Below, piece by piece: positions 35,966 through 44,541 of a DNA stretch of 64,000 nucleotides. The position numbers were made by a program, and so were the translations under genes. Numbering within the stretch: the stretch's first letter is position 1; each line of letters starts with the position of its first letter. The stretch spans positions 202,279 to 266,278 of the forward strand of contig CAVUVT010000010.1 in NCBI GenBank assembly GCA_963744965.1, written 5' to 3'. The notes under the pieces are model-generated. The model saw nothing but the letters and a program-made list of their open reading frames with translations. It was not told the DNA's origin and searched no databases. The stretch comes from an uncultured Verrucomicrobiae bacterium. GTDB lineage: Bacteria > Verrucomicrobiota > Verrucomicrobiia > Limisphaerales > UBA11358.

Positions 35966-38221
35966 TTGAGCGCGGTGAAGTTAAAACCTTTCAAACGCGC
36001 GCCGGTCATTCTGACCGTTTTCGTGCTCGTGTTCGTTTGCGGCGTCCGGCTCCTGCGGCTTGATTTTTTTGAGCGGCTGGAGCGCATGACCTATGACTTG
36101 CGTGCCCGGGCAGCTTTGCATTTTGCCGCGCCTGCCGCTACGAATCTCGCTTTCATCTCGGTCGAGGAGTCCAGCATCACCGCCGTCAAAAGCGGCAAGC
36201 TCGGTTATCGTTACGGCCTCTACTGGCCGCGGCAGGTTTATGGACGGCTCGTCGAAGAATTGTCCGCTCAAGGCGCCAAAACCGCTGCGTTCGACGTGCT
36301 GTTCGGCGAATTGCGCCGCGACCACCCGCCCGTACAAATGGCCGATGGCGGTTTGATGGAATCCGATGATTTCTTTGCGTTGCAAATGCGCCGTGCTGGA
36401 AACGTGCTCCTTGCGGTCGAGCCCGGCCTTGTGCCGCCCGATTTGTTTTTGACGAACGCGTACGCCCTGGGCGACATTTCAACGGAAAAGGACTCCGATG
36501 GCGTCTTGCGCAGGGTGAAGTCCTTCCGCTTTATCCGCCGCTGGCATCCGCTCATAGAAGACGCGGCGCAAAAAAACGGTCTGCATTTGAACGACATTCT
36601 GATCGAAAAGGACCGGATCGTCCTTCCCTTGGAAGACGGACAGACACTCGAGATCCCGCTTGATGGAAATGGCGAAATGGACATCAAAAGCAGGAAGGCT
36701 TTGGGGGGACAACCGACAAAAGCCAGACCGTTCGCCGATGAACGCGTCTGGCACATGGGCATTGTCCTTGCCGCGCAGGAATTGAAGCTGGATCTGGACC
36801 ACGCTGATGTGGATTTGCCGCACGGGCGCATCACCTTGCGCGGGGCTAATAATGTCAAGCGGGTGATTCCGGTGGACACCGATGGTTACTTTTACATTGA
36901 TTGGCGGTTGACGAAGGATGATCCGCACCTCGCGCGTGCGGCGATCGAAAGTTTGCTTTTACAGGACAGCCGGCGTCTGCTCGGCCAGACGAATGGGTTG
37001 CGCGATGATTTTCGAGGCAAACTTGTTCTCGTCGGTTCGGCGGCGCAGGGCAATGATTTGACTGACCGTGGCGCAACCCCGTTGGAAAAGGACACGCTGC
37101 TCGTCAGCAAACATTGGAACGTTGCCAACTCCGTCATCACCGGCCAATTCATCCGCCGGGCCTCGCTGCCGGCGGAAATGGCGTTGATTATTTTTCTCGG
37201 AGTGTTGACGGCCTTTCTCACCTGGCAAATGCGGGCATTTGTGGCTTCGGCGGCGGTTCTGCTGCTGTTGCTGGCCTATGTCGCCGCCGGATTTTATGCT
37301 TTTGTGGAATTTCGTTACTGGCTTCCGCTGGTATTTCCCATTGCGGGCGCGATGCTGGTCGAGCACCTGAGCCTCGTCACGTATCGCGTGGTTTTTGAGG
37401 AGCGGGAACAGCGCCGCGTCAGATCCGTTTTCTCCAAAATTGTTTCCCCGGATGTAATGAAAGAATTGCTCGATGCGGAAAAGCTTTCCCTCGGCGGGAC
37501 GCGCCGCGAAGTGACCATTTTTTTTGCGGATGTGCGCGGGTTTACCTCGCTGACCGATGAAATGCAGCAGCGCGTGGCGGATTTCATCCGCGAGCACCAG
37601 CTCGAGATGGATGTGGCGGAGGCGTGCATTGAAGAATCCGCGCAGGAAACGCTCGAAACGGTAAATCTCTATCTCGCCACCGTTGCCGACGCGGTGAAAA
37701 AACACGGCGGCACGCTCGACAAATACATCGGTGACTGCGTCATGGCGTTCTGGGGCGCGCCCACGCCGAACGAAAGACACGCCTCGGATTGCGTGTGGGC
37801 CGCGATTGACGCGCAACGCGCCATCCGCGATTTGAACGAAAAACGTTCGGAGCAAAATAACGCGCGGGAAACCGAAAACCGCGCGCGCCTTTCCGCCGGG
37901 ATGCCGCCCAAGCCACCGCTGCGCGCGTTGCAGCTTGGCACCGGCATCAATACCGGCCTGGCGACCGTCGGACTGATGGGCTCGGACGCGCACATTTTGA
38001 ATTACACCGTTTTCGGGCGCGAAGTAAACCTCGCCAGCCGGCTGGAAAGTGTTTCCGGCAGCGGCCGCATCATCATCAGCGACACGACCTACAACCATTT
38101 GCTGCGCGAAGACCCGGCGCTGGCCTCGACCTGCATCGAAATGTTCCCGGTCACGGTCAAGGGCATTCGCGATGCCGTGCGGATTTACGAAGTGCCGTGG
38201 CAACCGCCGCCGGCAAAATGA
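35966..38221 (+). CDS. CHASE2-domain sensor fused to a class III adenylate/guanylate cyclase
   Basis: 751 aa. N-terminal TM, a periplasmic region of about 330 aa, three TM helices, then FFADVRGFTSLTDEM..LDKYIGDCVMAFWGAP..GINTGLATVGLMGS..YTVFGREVNLASRLES cyclase motifs. Start could be the TTG at 35966 or the GTG at 35975. Confidence 0.88.
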   Translation: MSAVKLKPFKRAPVILTVFVLVFVCGVRLLRLDFFERLERMTYDLRARAALHFAAPAATNLAFISVEESSITAVKSGKLGYRYGLYWPRQVYGRLVEELSAQGAKTAAFDVLFGELRRDHPPVQMADGGLMESDDFFALQMRRAGNVLLAVEPGLVPPDLFLTNAYALGDISTEKDSDGVLRRVKSFRFIRRWHPLIEDAAQKNGLHLNDILIEKDRIVLPLEDGQTLEIPLDGNGEMDIKSRKALGGQPTKARPFADERVWHMGIVLAAQELKLDLDHADVDLPHGRITLRGANNVKRVIPVDTDGYFYIDWRLTKDDPHLARAAIESLLLQDSRRLLGQTNGLRDDFRGKLVLVGSAAQGNDLTDRGATPLEKDTLLVSKHWNVANSVITGQFIRRASLPAEMALIIFLGVLTAFLTWQMRAFVASAAVLLLLLAYVAAGFYAFVEFRYWLPLVFPIAGAMLVEHLSLVTYRVVFEEREQRRVRSVFSKIVSPDVMKELLDAEKLSLGGTRREVTIFFADVRGFTSLTDEMQQRVADFIREHQLEMDVAEACIEESAQETLETVNLYLATVADAVKKHGGTLDKYIGDCVMAFWGAPTPNERHASDCVWAAIDAQRAIRDLNEKRSEQNNARETENRARLSAGMPPKPPLRALQLGTGINTGLATVGLMGSDAHILNYTVFGREVNLASRLESVSGSGRIIISDTTYNHLLREDPALASTCIEMFPVTVKGIRDAVRIYEVPWQPPPAK

Positions 38222-38278
38222 TTTCCGGTCATCGTTTTCTTCCTCGTCAATTTGGCCGTAAATGCTAAAGTGATTTTG

Positions 38279-38770
38279 ATGCGCACGGCGATTTATCCCG
38301 GCAGTTTTGATCCGCTGACCAACGGCCACCTGGACGTGATTCATCGCGCGGTCAAATTATTCGACCGTGTCGTCGTGGCGGTTGCGAAAAACGACGGCAA
38401 ACAGCCGTTGTTCACGCTCGAAGAACGGTTCACGCTCGTGAAAAAGGCCGTGAAACATCTGCCGAACGTTGAAGCGGACGCCTTCGACGGCCTGCTCGTC
38501 GAATATGTCGTGAGCCGAAAAGCGCAGGCGATTGTGCGCGGACTGCGCGCGGTGTCGGATTTTGAATTTGAGTTTCAACTCGCGTTGATGAACCGCAAGC
38601 TGAACGAAAATGTCGAAACGATTTTCATGATGCCCAAGGAGACTTACACGTTTCTCAGCTCGCGCCTCGTGAAGGAAATCGCGCGGCTGGGCGGCGACGT
38701 GGCCGCGTTTGTGCCCGCGCATGTGCAGAACGCCCTGGCGAAAAAATTCGCCGGGACGAAAAGGAGTTGA
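38279..38770 (+). CDS. coaD: Phosphopantetheine adenylyltransferase
   Basis: MRTAIYPGSFDPLTNGHLDVI, the (T/H)xGH nucleotidyltransferase motif, and the ..SSRLVKEIARLGGD C-terminal region. 163 aa from the ATG at 38279. Confidence 0.92.
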   Translation: MRTAIYPGSFDPLTNGHLDVIHRAVKLFDRVVVAVAKNDGKQPLFTLEERFTLVKKAVKHLPNVEADAFDGLLVEYVVSRKAQAIVRGLRAVSDFEFEFQLALMNRKLNENVETIFMMPKETYTFLSSRLVKEIARLGGDVAAFVPAHVQNALAKKFAGTKRS

Positions 38771-38773
38771 ACC

Positions 38774-39256
38774 ATGCCGCTCATCGTCAATCTGCGTCAG
38801 CTCGAGGAGCGCGCCCTGGTTTTGCGCGGCGAATTGCCGTTGGCCGAACTGGATCTGGACACGCGCGACGAAATGATCGGGGTTACGCAGCCGTTGCGGC
38901 ACGAGTTGGAGGTTCAATTGCTGGATCGCAGCCTGTTGATTCGCGGCTCGTTGCGGCTCGTGCTGGAGTGCCGGTGCGTCCGCTGTTTGAAACCGTTTGA
39001 ACGCGAATTGGAATTGAATCCTTGGACGTGTCATTTGCCGCTCGAAGGTGAGGAACGGGTGCCGGTGGTCAACGATTGCGCGGACTTGACGCCGTATGTG
39101 CGTGAAGATATGCTGCTGGAACTTCCGCGGCATCCCTTGTGCAAGCCGGATTGTCGCGGATTGGAAAAAATAAAGACCGGCAAGGCCGGAAACCCCGGCG
39201 GCAAGGACGAATTGATTCCGTCCGCATGGGCTGAATTAGACAAATTAAAATTGTAA
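38774..39256 (+). CDS. yceD: YceD/DUF177 family protein (large-subunit rRNA accumulation protein)
   Basis: 160 aa. CVRCLKPF..HPLCKPDCRGL Cys pairs. Conserved position immediately upstream of rpmF-plsX-fabH. Confidence 0.8.
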   Translation: MPLIVNLRQLEERALVLRGELPLAELDLDTRDEMIGVTQPLRHELEVQLLDRSLLIRGSLRLVLECRCVRCLKPFERELELNPWTCHLPLEGEERVPVVNDCADLTPYVREDMLLELPRHPLCKPDCRGLEKIKTGKAGNPGGKDELIPSAWAELDKLKL

Positions 39257-39266
39257 ATTTGAATTT

Positions 39267-39455
39267 ATGGGTGTTCCAAAACGCAAACCGTCCCACAGCC
39301 GGCAGCGCATGCGCCGCGCTTACAACAGTGTGCTGAAGTTGCCGCAACTCGGCACGTGCCCGCAATGCGCCGCGCCGTATGTGCCCCACCGGGTATGCCC
39401 GGCGTGCGGCTATTACAAAGGCCGCCAGGTATTGACCATCACGGCCGGCACTTGA
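39267..39455 (+). CDS. rpmF: 50S ribosomal protein L32
   Basis: MGVPKRKPSHSRQRMRRA.. and CPQC..CPACG zinc-ribbon. 62 aa. Confidence 0.93.
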   Translation: MGVPKRKPSHSRQRMRRAYNSVLKLPQLGTCPQCAAPYVPHRVCPACGYYKGRQVLTITAGT

Positions 39456-39491
39456 TTTTATGGGGTCGCGGACGTTCCGCTTTCTTCATCT

Positions 39492-40532
39492 ATGCGAATA
39501 GCGGTGGATGTCATGGGGGGCGACCACGGTTGTGCGGTCGTCGTCGAGGGCGTCCGGCGCGCGCTGGAGGCCGACCCGAAAATCTCCACGCTTTTTCTCG
39601 TTGGCGACCAGGCGGAGATCGAGGCCGCGCTGGGAGCGACGGGCTGCCATGATTTGCGCGTTCAAATTGTTCATGCCAGCGAAGTCGTGACGATGGACGA
39701 CAAACCCGTCACCGCGCTTCGCAAAAAGCGCGACAGTTCCATTGGCCGCGGCGCGGAACTGGTTCACGACGGCCAGGCCGATGCGGTGGTTTCGCTCGGC
39801 AACACCGGCGGCATTTTCGCGGCGGCCACCTTCAAACTGGGGCGCATCTCGGGCGTGGACCGCGGCTGCATTGCCACGATCATTCCGCGGCCGGAAGATG
39901 AATTTGTCCTGCTCGATGCCGGCGCGAACATCGAATGCAAACCGCTGCACCTCGCCCAATTTGCCGTGATGGGCAATGTTTATTCACGGGAAGTGCTGGG
40001 ATGCAAAAAACCGCGCGTGGGCATTCTCAGCATCGGCACGGAAGACTCCAAGGGCAACGAACTGACGCTCGAAGCGTTCAAACTTTGCCGGCGGCTTGAC
40101 TTGAATTTCATTGGCAATGTCGAAGGGCATGATCTGTTCAAGGATCACGTGGACGTGGTCGTGTGTGACGGCTTTGTCGGCAACATCGTTTTAAAGACGT
40201 CGGAAAGCCTGGCCGTGGCGATGTTTTCGATGCTCAAACGCGAATTGGTGCGCAATCCCAAACGGCAAATCGGCGCCTATCTCGCGAAAAACGCCTTTCA
40301 AGCCATCCGGCGACGCATGGATCCGGAGGTCTATGGCGGCGCGCCGCTGCTCGGTTTCAACGGCATGGTGTTCAAGGCGCATGGTTCGGCGCGCGAACGC
40401 GCCATCGCCAGCGCCCTGCGCGTGACGGCGGATGCCGTTCAGCATCACGTCAACGAAATCATCGCCCGCGAAATGGTGAGTGCCAATGAAAAGCTGGCCG
40501 CTGCGGAAATTTCCGTTCCGAGTTGCGCATGA
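39492..40532 (+). CDS. plsX: Phosphate acyltransferase PlsX
   Basis: MRIAVDVMGGDHG.., VSLGNTGG, DAGAN and CDGFVGNIVLKTSE motifs. 346 aa. Confidence 0.93.
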   Translation: MRIAVDVMGGDHGCAVVVEGVRRALEADPKISTLFLVGDQAEIEAALGATGCHDLRVQIVHASEVVTMDDKPVTALRKKRDSSIGRGAELVHDGQADAVVSLGNTGGIFAAATFKLGRISGVDRGCIATIIPRPEDEFVLLDAGANIECKPLHLAQFAVMGNVYSREVLGCKKPRVGILSIGTEDSKGNELTLEAFKLCRRLDLNFIGNVEGHDLFKDHVDVVVCDGFVGNIVLKTSESLAVAMFSMLKRELVRNPKRQIGAYLAKNAFQAIRRRMDPEVYGGAPLLGFNGMVFKAHGSARERAIASALRVTADAVQHHVNEIIAREMVSANEKLAAAEISVPSCA

Positions 40533-41554
40533 CCTCCAAATTTAAAAACCCGCGCGCCAGGTTTAATTTTCAAGGCCGCACCTGTTCCATCACCGGCGTT
40601 GGCTCGTATTTGCCGGTGAAAATTCTGACCAACGCCCACCTGGAAAAAATGGTGGATACGTCGGACGAATGGATTACCACGCGCACCGGCATCAAATCGC
40701 GTCGGCAGGCGGCCAAGGATGAATTCACTTCGGACATGGCGGCGCACGCGGCGCAGCGGGCGATGAAAAAGGCCGGAGTCACGGCCGACCAGATTGACCT
40801 TATCATCGTGGCCACCATCACGCCGGACATGCCGTTTCCGGCGACGGCGTGCATCGTCCAGCAAAAAATCGGCGCGCTCCGGGCGGCGGCGTTTGATCTG
40901 GAGGCGGCGTGTTCCGGCTTCATTTACGGTTTGGAAGTCGGACAGCAGTTCATCATGTCGCGCACCTATGACACCGTGCTGGTCATTGGCGCGGAAAAAC
41001 TTTCTTCCATCACCGATTGGACGGATCGCAACACCTGTGTGCTGTTTGGCGACGGCGCGGGGGCGGCGGTTTTGCAAAGCCGTCCAAATTCGCACGGGCT
41101 TTTGACCGCGGTGATGGGCGCGGACGGGTCGAAAGGCAGTCTGCTCCACATGCCCGGCGGCGGCAGCCGTTGTCCGGCCTCGGCGGATTCGGTCGCGGCG
41201 AGACTTCACTTTTTGCGGATGGACGGCCGCGAGACTTTCAAAAACGCCGTCCAGGCGATGTACGAAGCGGCGCGGGAGGCGTTGCGCCGTTGTGAATTGG
41301 ACATTTCTAAAATCAAATGCGTCATCCCCCATCAGGCGAACCGCCGGATCATTGACGCGGTGGGCAAACGCCTGGGTGCCGCACCGGAACAGTTGTTCAT
41401 CAATCTGGACCGCTACGGCAACACGTCGGCGGCATCGGTGGCCATTGCGCTGGACGAGGCGGTTTCGTCGGGAATAATTCAGCGGGGCGATTTGATTTTG
41501 ATGATGGTTTTTGGTGCCGGCCTGACCTGGGGTGCGGCGGTCATTGAATGGTGA
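40529..41554 (+). CDS. fabH: 3-oxoacyl-ACP synthase III
   Basis: ITGVGSYLPVKILTNAHLEKMVDTSDEWITTRTGI, active-site AACSGF, ..HQANRRII.. and ..YGNTSAAS.. The ATG at 40529 overlaps the plsX stop (ATGA). Confidence 0.92.
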   Translation: MTSKFKNPRARFNFQGRTCSITGVGSYLPVKILTNAHLEKMVDTSDEWITTRTGIKSRRQAAKDEFTSDMAAHAAQRAMKKAGVTADQIDLIIVATITPDMPFPATACIVQQKIGALRAAAFDLEAACSGFIYGLEVGQQFIMSRTYDTVLVIGAEKLSSITDWTDRNTCVLFGDGAGAAVLQSRPNSHGLLTAVMGADGSKGSLLHMPGGGSRCPASADSVAARLHFLRMDGRETFKNAVQAMYEAAREALRRCELDISKIKCVIPHQANRRIIDAVGKRLGAAPEQLFINLDRYGNTSAASVAIALDEAVSSGIIQRGDLILMMVFGAGLTWGAAVIEW

Positions 41555-41623
41555 AAACTTATTCACTGGATTGTACGAGCTAATTTGACGGCTGGATTTG
41601 CCGTGTTAGTTTAGAATGATCTT

Positions 41624-41959
41624 ATGAGCGCCAAAAAATTTGAGATTGCTGATTCGTTCCAGCAACGAATCACCGTGGAAGGCCGGCAATCCCGTTTGCA
41701 GCTTTCCGCCGAGTCGGTCGTCATTCACAAAAGCGGCATCGAGTTTCGAAGCCCCACGCCGTTCAATCCGTGGACGGAAATGACGGTCGCGCTGCAATCC
41801 CCGCGCGATGACGGTCGCATTCAATGCAGCGGCGTGGTCATTGCCTGTTCCGGCAGCAAACACACCGGCTACCATGTTTCGCTTGTCTTCACGGGCCTGT
41901 CCAAGCAGGCGCAATCGCGCTTGTCTCTGATGGCGCACTCCGCTTTGGGCGCGGGCTAG
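41624..41959 (+). CDS. Small hypothetical protein, PilZ-like beta-barrel pattern with degenerate c-di-GMP motifs
   Basis: 111 aa. ..VVIHKSGIEFRSPTPF..TEMTVALQSP..IQCSGVVIACSGSKHTGYHVSLVFTGLS.. follows the general PilZ layout. I see no canonical RxxxR or (D/N)xSxxG motif. Confidence 0.35.
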   Translation: MSAKKFEIADSFQQRITVEGRQSRLQLSAESVVIHKSGIEFRSPTPFNPWTEMTVALQSPRDDGRIQCSGVVIACSGSKHTGYHVSLVFTGLSKQAQSRLSLMAHSALGAG

Positions 41960-42079
41960 AACGCCGGTTTTCCCAACCAGCCGTTTTTGAGTTGTTCGCA
42001 GGTTAAATTCGCGGCTTTCCCATCCGGTTGAATTCGTGTTTATTCATGTCCATTCGCGGTTTCCAAACAACCTGACAAA

Positions 42080-43180
42080 ATGATGCCAATTCAATTGCGC
42101 GACAAGGCCCGGTGCCAATACGACATGATTGCGCTCGGCGAAATCATGCTGCGGCTTGATCCGGGCGAAGGCCGCATCCGCTGCGCCCGTGAATTCAAGG
42201 CTTGGGAAGGCGGCGGTGAATACAACGTCGCCCGCGGCCTGCGCCGGTGCTTCGGCCTGAAAACCGCCGTTTGCACCGCGTTTGCCGACAACGACGTGGG
42301 CTATCTGCTTGAAGATTTCATTTTGCAGGGTGGGGTGAACACGGAATTCATCAAGTGGTTGCCGTTCGATGGTGTCGGTCGTGTCACCCGCAACGGCCTG
42401 AATTTCACGGAACGCGGTTTTGGCGTGCGCGGGGCGGTTGGCGTTTCCGACCGCGGCCACACGGCGGCAAGTCAACTCAAGGCCGGCGACTTTGATTGGG
42501 ATCACATATTCGGCAAACTCGGCGTGCGCTGGCTGCACACCGGCGGCATCTTCGCCGCGTTGAGCGACACCACGCCTCAACTGGTCCTCGAAGCGGTCAA
42601 AAAGGCCGGACAATACGGCACGATGGTCAGCTACGATTTGAATTACCGCCCCTCGCTCTGGAAAGCCATTGGCGGCCAGAAACGGGCGCAGGAAGTGAAC
42701 CGGGAAATTGCCAGATACGTGGACGTGATGATTGGCAACGAAGAAGATTTCACCGCCTGCCTCGGCTTGCACGTCGAAGGCGCGGATGAAAATCTGTTGC
42801 ACATTGATGTCACCGCTTTCAAAAAAATGATCGAAACGGCGGTGAAAATCTTCCCGAACTTCAAGGCGACCGCCACGACGCTCCGCACTGCAAAAACCGC
42901 GTCGGTCAATGACTGGGCGGCCATCGCATGGATGGGTGGCAGGTTTTACGAGAGCCGCAAGTATCCCGATCTCGGAATTCTCGACCGCGTCGGCGGCGGG
43001 GACAGCTTTGCCTCCGGTTTCATTTATGGTTTGATGACCACCGGCGATCCGCAAAAGGCGGTGGACTACGGCGCGGCGCACGGGGCGCTGGCCATGACGA
43101 CGCCAGGTGACACGAGCATGGCTTCCAGGGAAGAAGTTGAAAAACTGATGAAGGGTGGCGGCGCACGGGTGCAGAGATAA
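42080..43180 (+). CDS. PfkB-family sugar/sugar-acid kinase (2-keto-3-deoxygluconate-kinase-like)
   Basis: 366 aa. IALGEIMLRLDP.., ..FKAWEGGGEYNVARGL.., DRVGGGDSFASGFIYGL (PfkB signature 2). Paralog of 51989-53071. Confidence 0.85.
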   Translation: MMPIQLRDKARCQYDMIALGEIMLRLDPGEGRIRCAREFKAWEGGGEYNVARGLRRCFGLKTAVCTAFADNDVGYLLEDFILQGGVNTEFIKWLPFDGVGRVTRNGLNFTERGFGVRGAVGVSDRGHTAASQLKAGDFDWDHIFGKLGVRWLHTGGIFAALSDTTPQLVLEAVKKAGQYGTMVSYDLNYRPSLWKAIGGQKRAQEVNREIARYVDVMIGNEEDFTACLGLHVEGADENLLHIDVTAFKKMIETAVKIFPNFKATATTLRTAKTASVNDWAAIAWMGGRFYESRKYPDLGILDRVGGGDSFASGFIYGLMTTGDPQKAVDYGAAHGALAMTTPGDTSMASREEVEKLMKGGGARVQR

Positions 43181-43443
43181 GAAGCAGACTCAATTTATTG
43201 GGGCGCGGGCTCGTGGGTGTTTATTCCAAACTTCCGCCTCGGTCGAGGAGGAAGCAATTTCAGCCGCTTGATGTTTCATTAAAACAATTAGTTTTTCTGT
43301 TAACCAATTAACAATAAACGAATTTTTATTGAGTTTCGACGGAGATTTTCATAAAAATGAATTATCTTCCTTAAAGCGGGTATGAAAGGAACCTTTGGAC
43401 CAAGAACCCGGCTGGATCAGCCAAAGAGAGAACAGGTATCTCC

Positions 43444-44541
43444 ATGAAACTTCGACCTTTCATCACCATCGGGTTTGCAACCTGGCTGTTGTTCCTGTCA
43501 ATGATGCCTGCTGCCGCAGCTCCCCGGCAGGTGATGCACGGTCATGTGCCGGCCGTGGTGGCACACTTGCAACCGACGGGCAATTTTGCGGGCACGAACC
43601 GGGTGAACCTGGCGATCGGGTTGCCATTGCGCAACCCAGAAGCACTCAGCAATCTCCTCCGGCAGATTTATGATCCGGCCAGTCCTGGTTACCGCCACTA
43701 TCTGACACCGCAGCAATTCACAGAACAGTTTGGTCCGACAAAAAAGGATTATCAGGCGGTCGTTGCTTTTGCGAAGGCGAACGGCCTGACTGTAACCGGC
43801 ACGGATCCCACTCGTATGTTGGTGGACGTGAGCGGGTCAGTGGCGGACATCGAGCGCGCGTTGCACGTGACGCTGCGCGTCTATCAGCATCCGATGGAGA
43901 AACGGACGTTTCATGCGCCGGATGCCGAACCGTCACTGGATCTGGCGGTTCCGATTTTGAGAATCAGTGGTTTGGATAACTACTCGCTGCCGCGTCCGCG
44001 GCTCCAGGCAACTCCGCTGGCCAATGCATCAAAGGCAATGCCGAATGCCGGTTCGGGCCCAAGCGGCACTTATATGGGGGGCGATTTCCGGGCCGCTTAC
44101 GTTCCGGATTCGTCACTCAATGGTTCCGGGCAGATCGTAGGACTGCTGCAGTTTGATGGTTACACTGCCAGCGACATAACCTATTACGAAAACCAGGCGG
44201 GGCTGCCGAGCGTTACCCTGTCGAATGTATTGATTGATGGAGCCACGGGAAGCCCCAGCGGTAGTGGCGGGGAGGTGGAAGTGTCGTTGGACATCGAAAT
44301 GGCGATCTCCATGGCGACAAATCTATCCGAGGTGATGGTTTACATGGCCCCCAATGGCAGCCCTTGGGAAGACCTTCTCAACCGCATGGCCAACGACAAT
44401 CTGGCCAAACAACTCAGTTGTTCGTGGTATGCGCCCGGTGCGGGTGCCGACACGACGGCCGATCAAATTTTTCAGAAGATGGCGGCGCAAGGCCAGTCGT
44501 TCTTCAGTGCCTCGGGCGATTCCGACGCCTACACCGCTTGA
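43444..44541 (+). CDS. Fragment 1: signal peptide, pro-kumamolisin-type activation domain and first half of the S53 catalytic domain
   Basis: NLAIGLPLRNPEALSNLLRQIYDPASPGYRHYLTPQQFTEQFGP.. is the sedolisin pro-domain. EVEVSLDIEMA carries the Glu/Asp of the catalytic triad. The fragment ends SASGDSDAYTA then a stop. Confidence 0.8.
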   Translation: MKLRPFITIGFATWLLFLSMMPAAAAPRQVMHGHVPAVVAHLQPTGNFAGTNRVNLAIGLPLRNPEALSNLLRQIYDPASPGYRHYLTPQQFTEQFGPTKKDYQAVVAFAKANGLTVTGTDPTRMLVDVSGSVADIERALHVTLRVYQHPMEKRTFHAPDAEPSLDLAVPILRISGLDNYSLPRPRLQATPLANASKAMPNAGSGPSGTYMGGDFRAAYVPDSSLNGSGQIVGLLQFDGYTASDITYYENQAGLPSVTLSNVLIDGATGSPSGSGGEVEVSLDIEMAISMATNLSEVMVYMAPNGSPWEDLLNRMANDNLAKQLSCSWYAPGAGADTTADQIFQKMAAQGQSFFSASGDSDAYTA

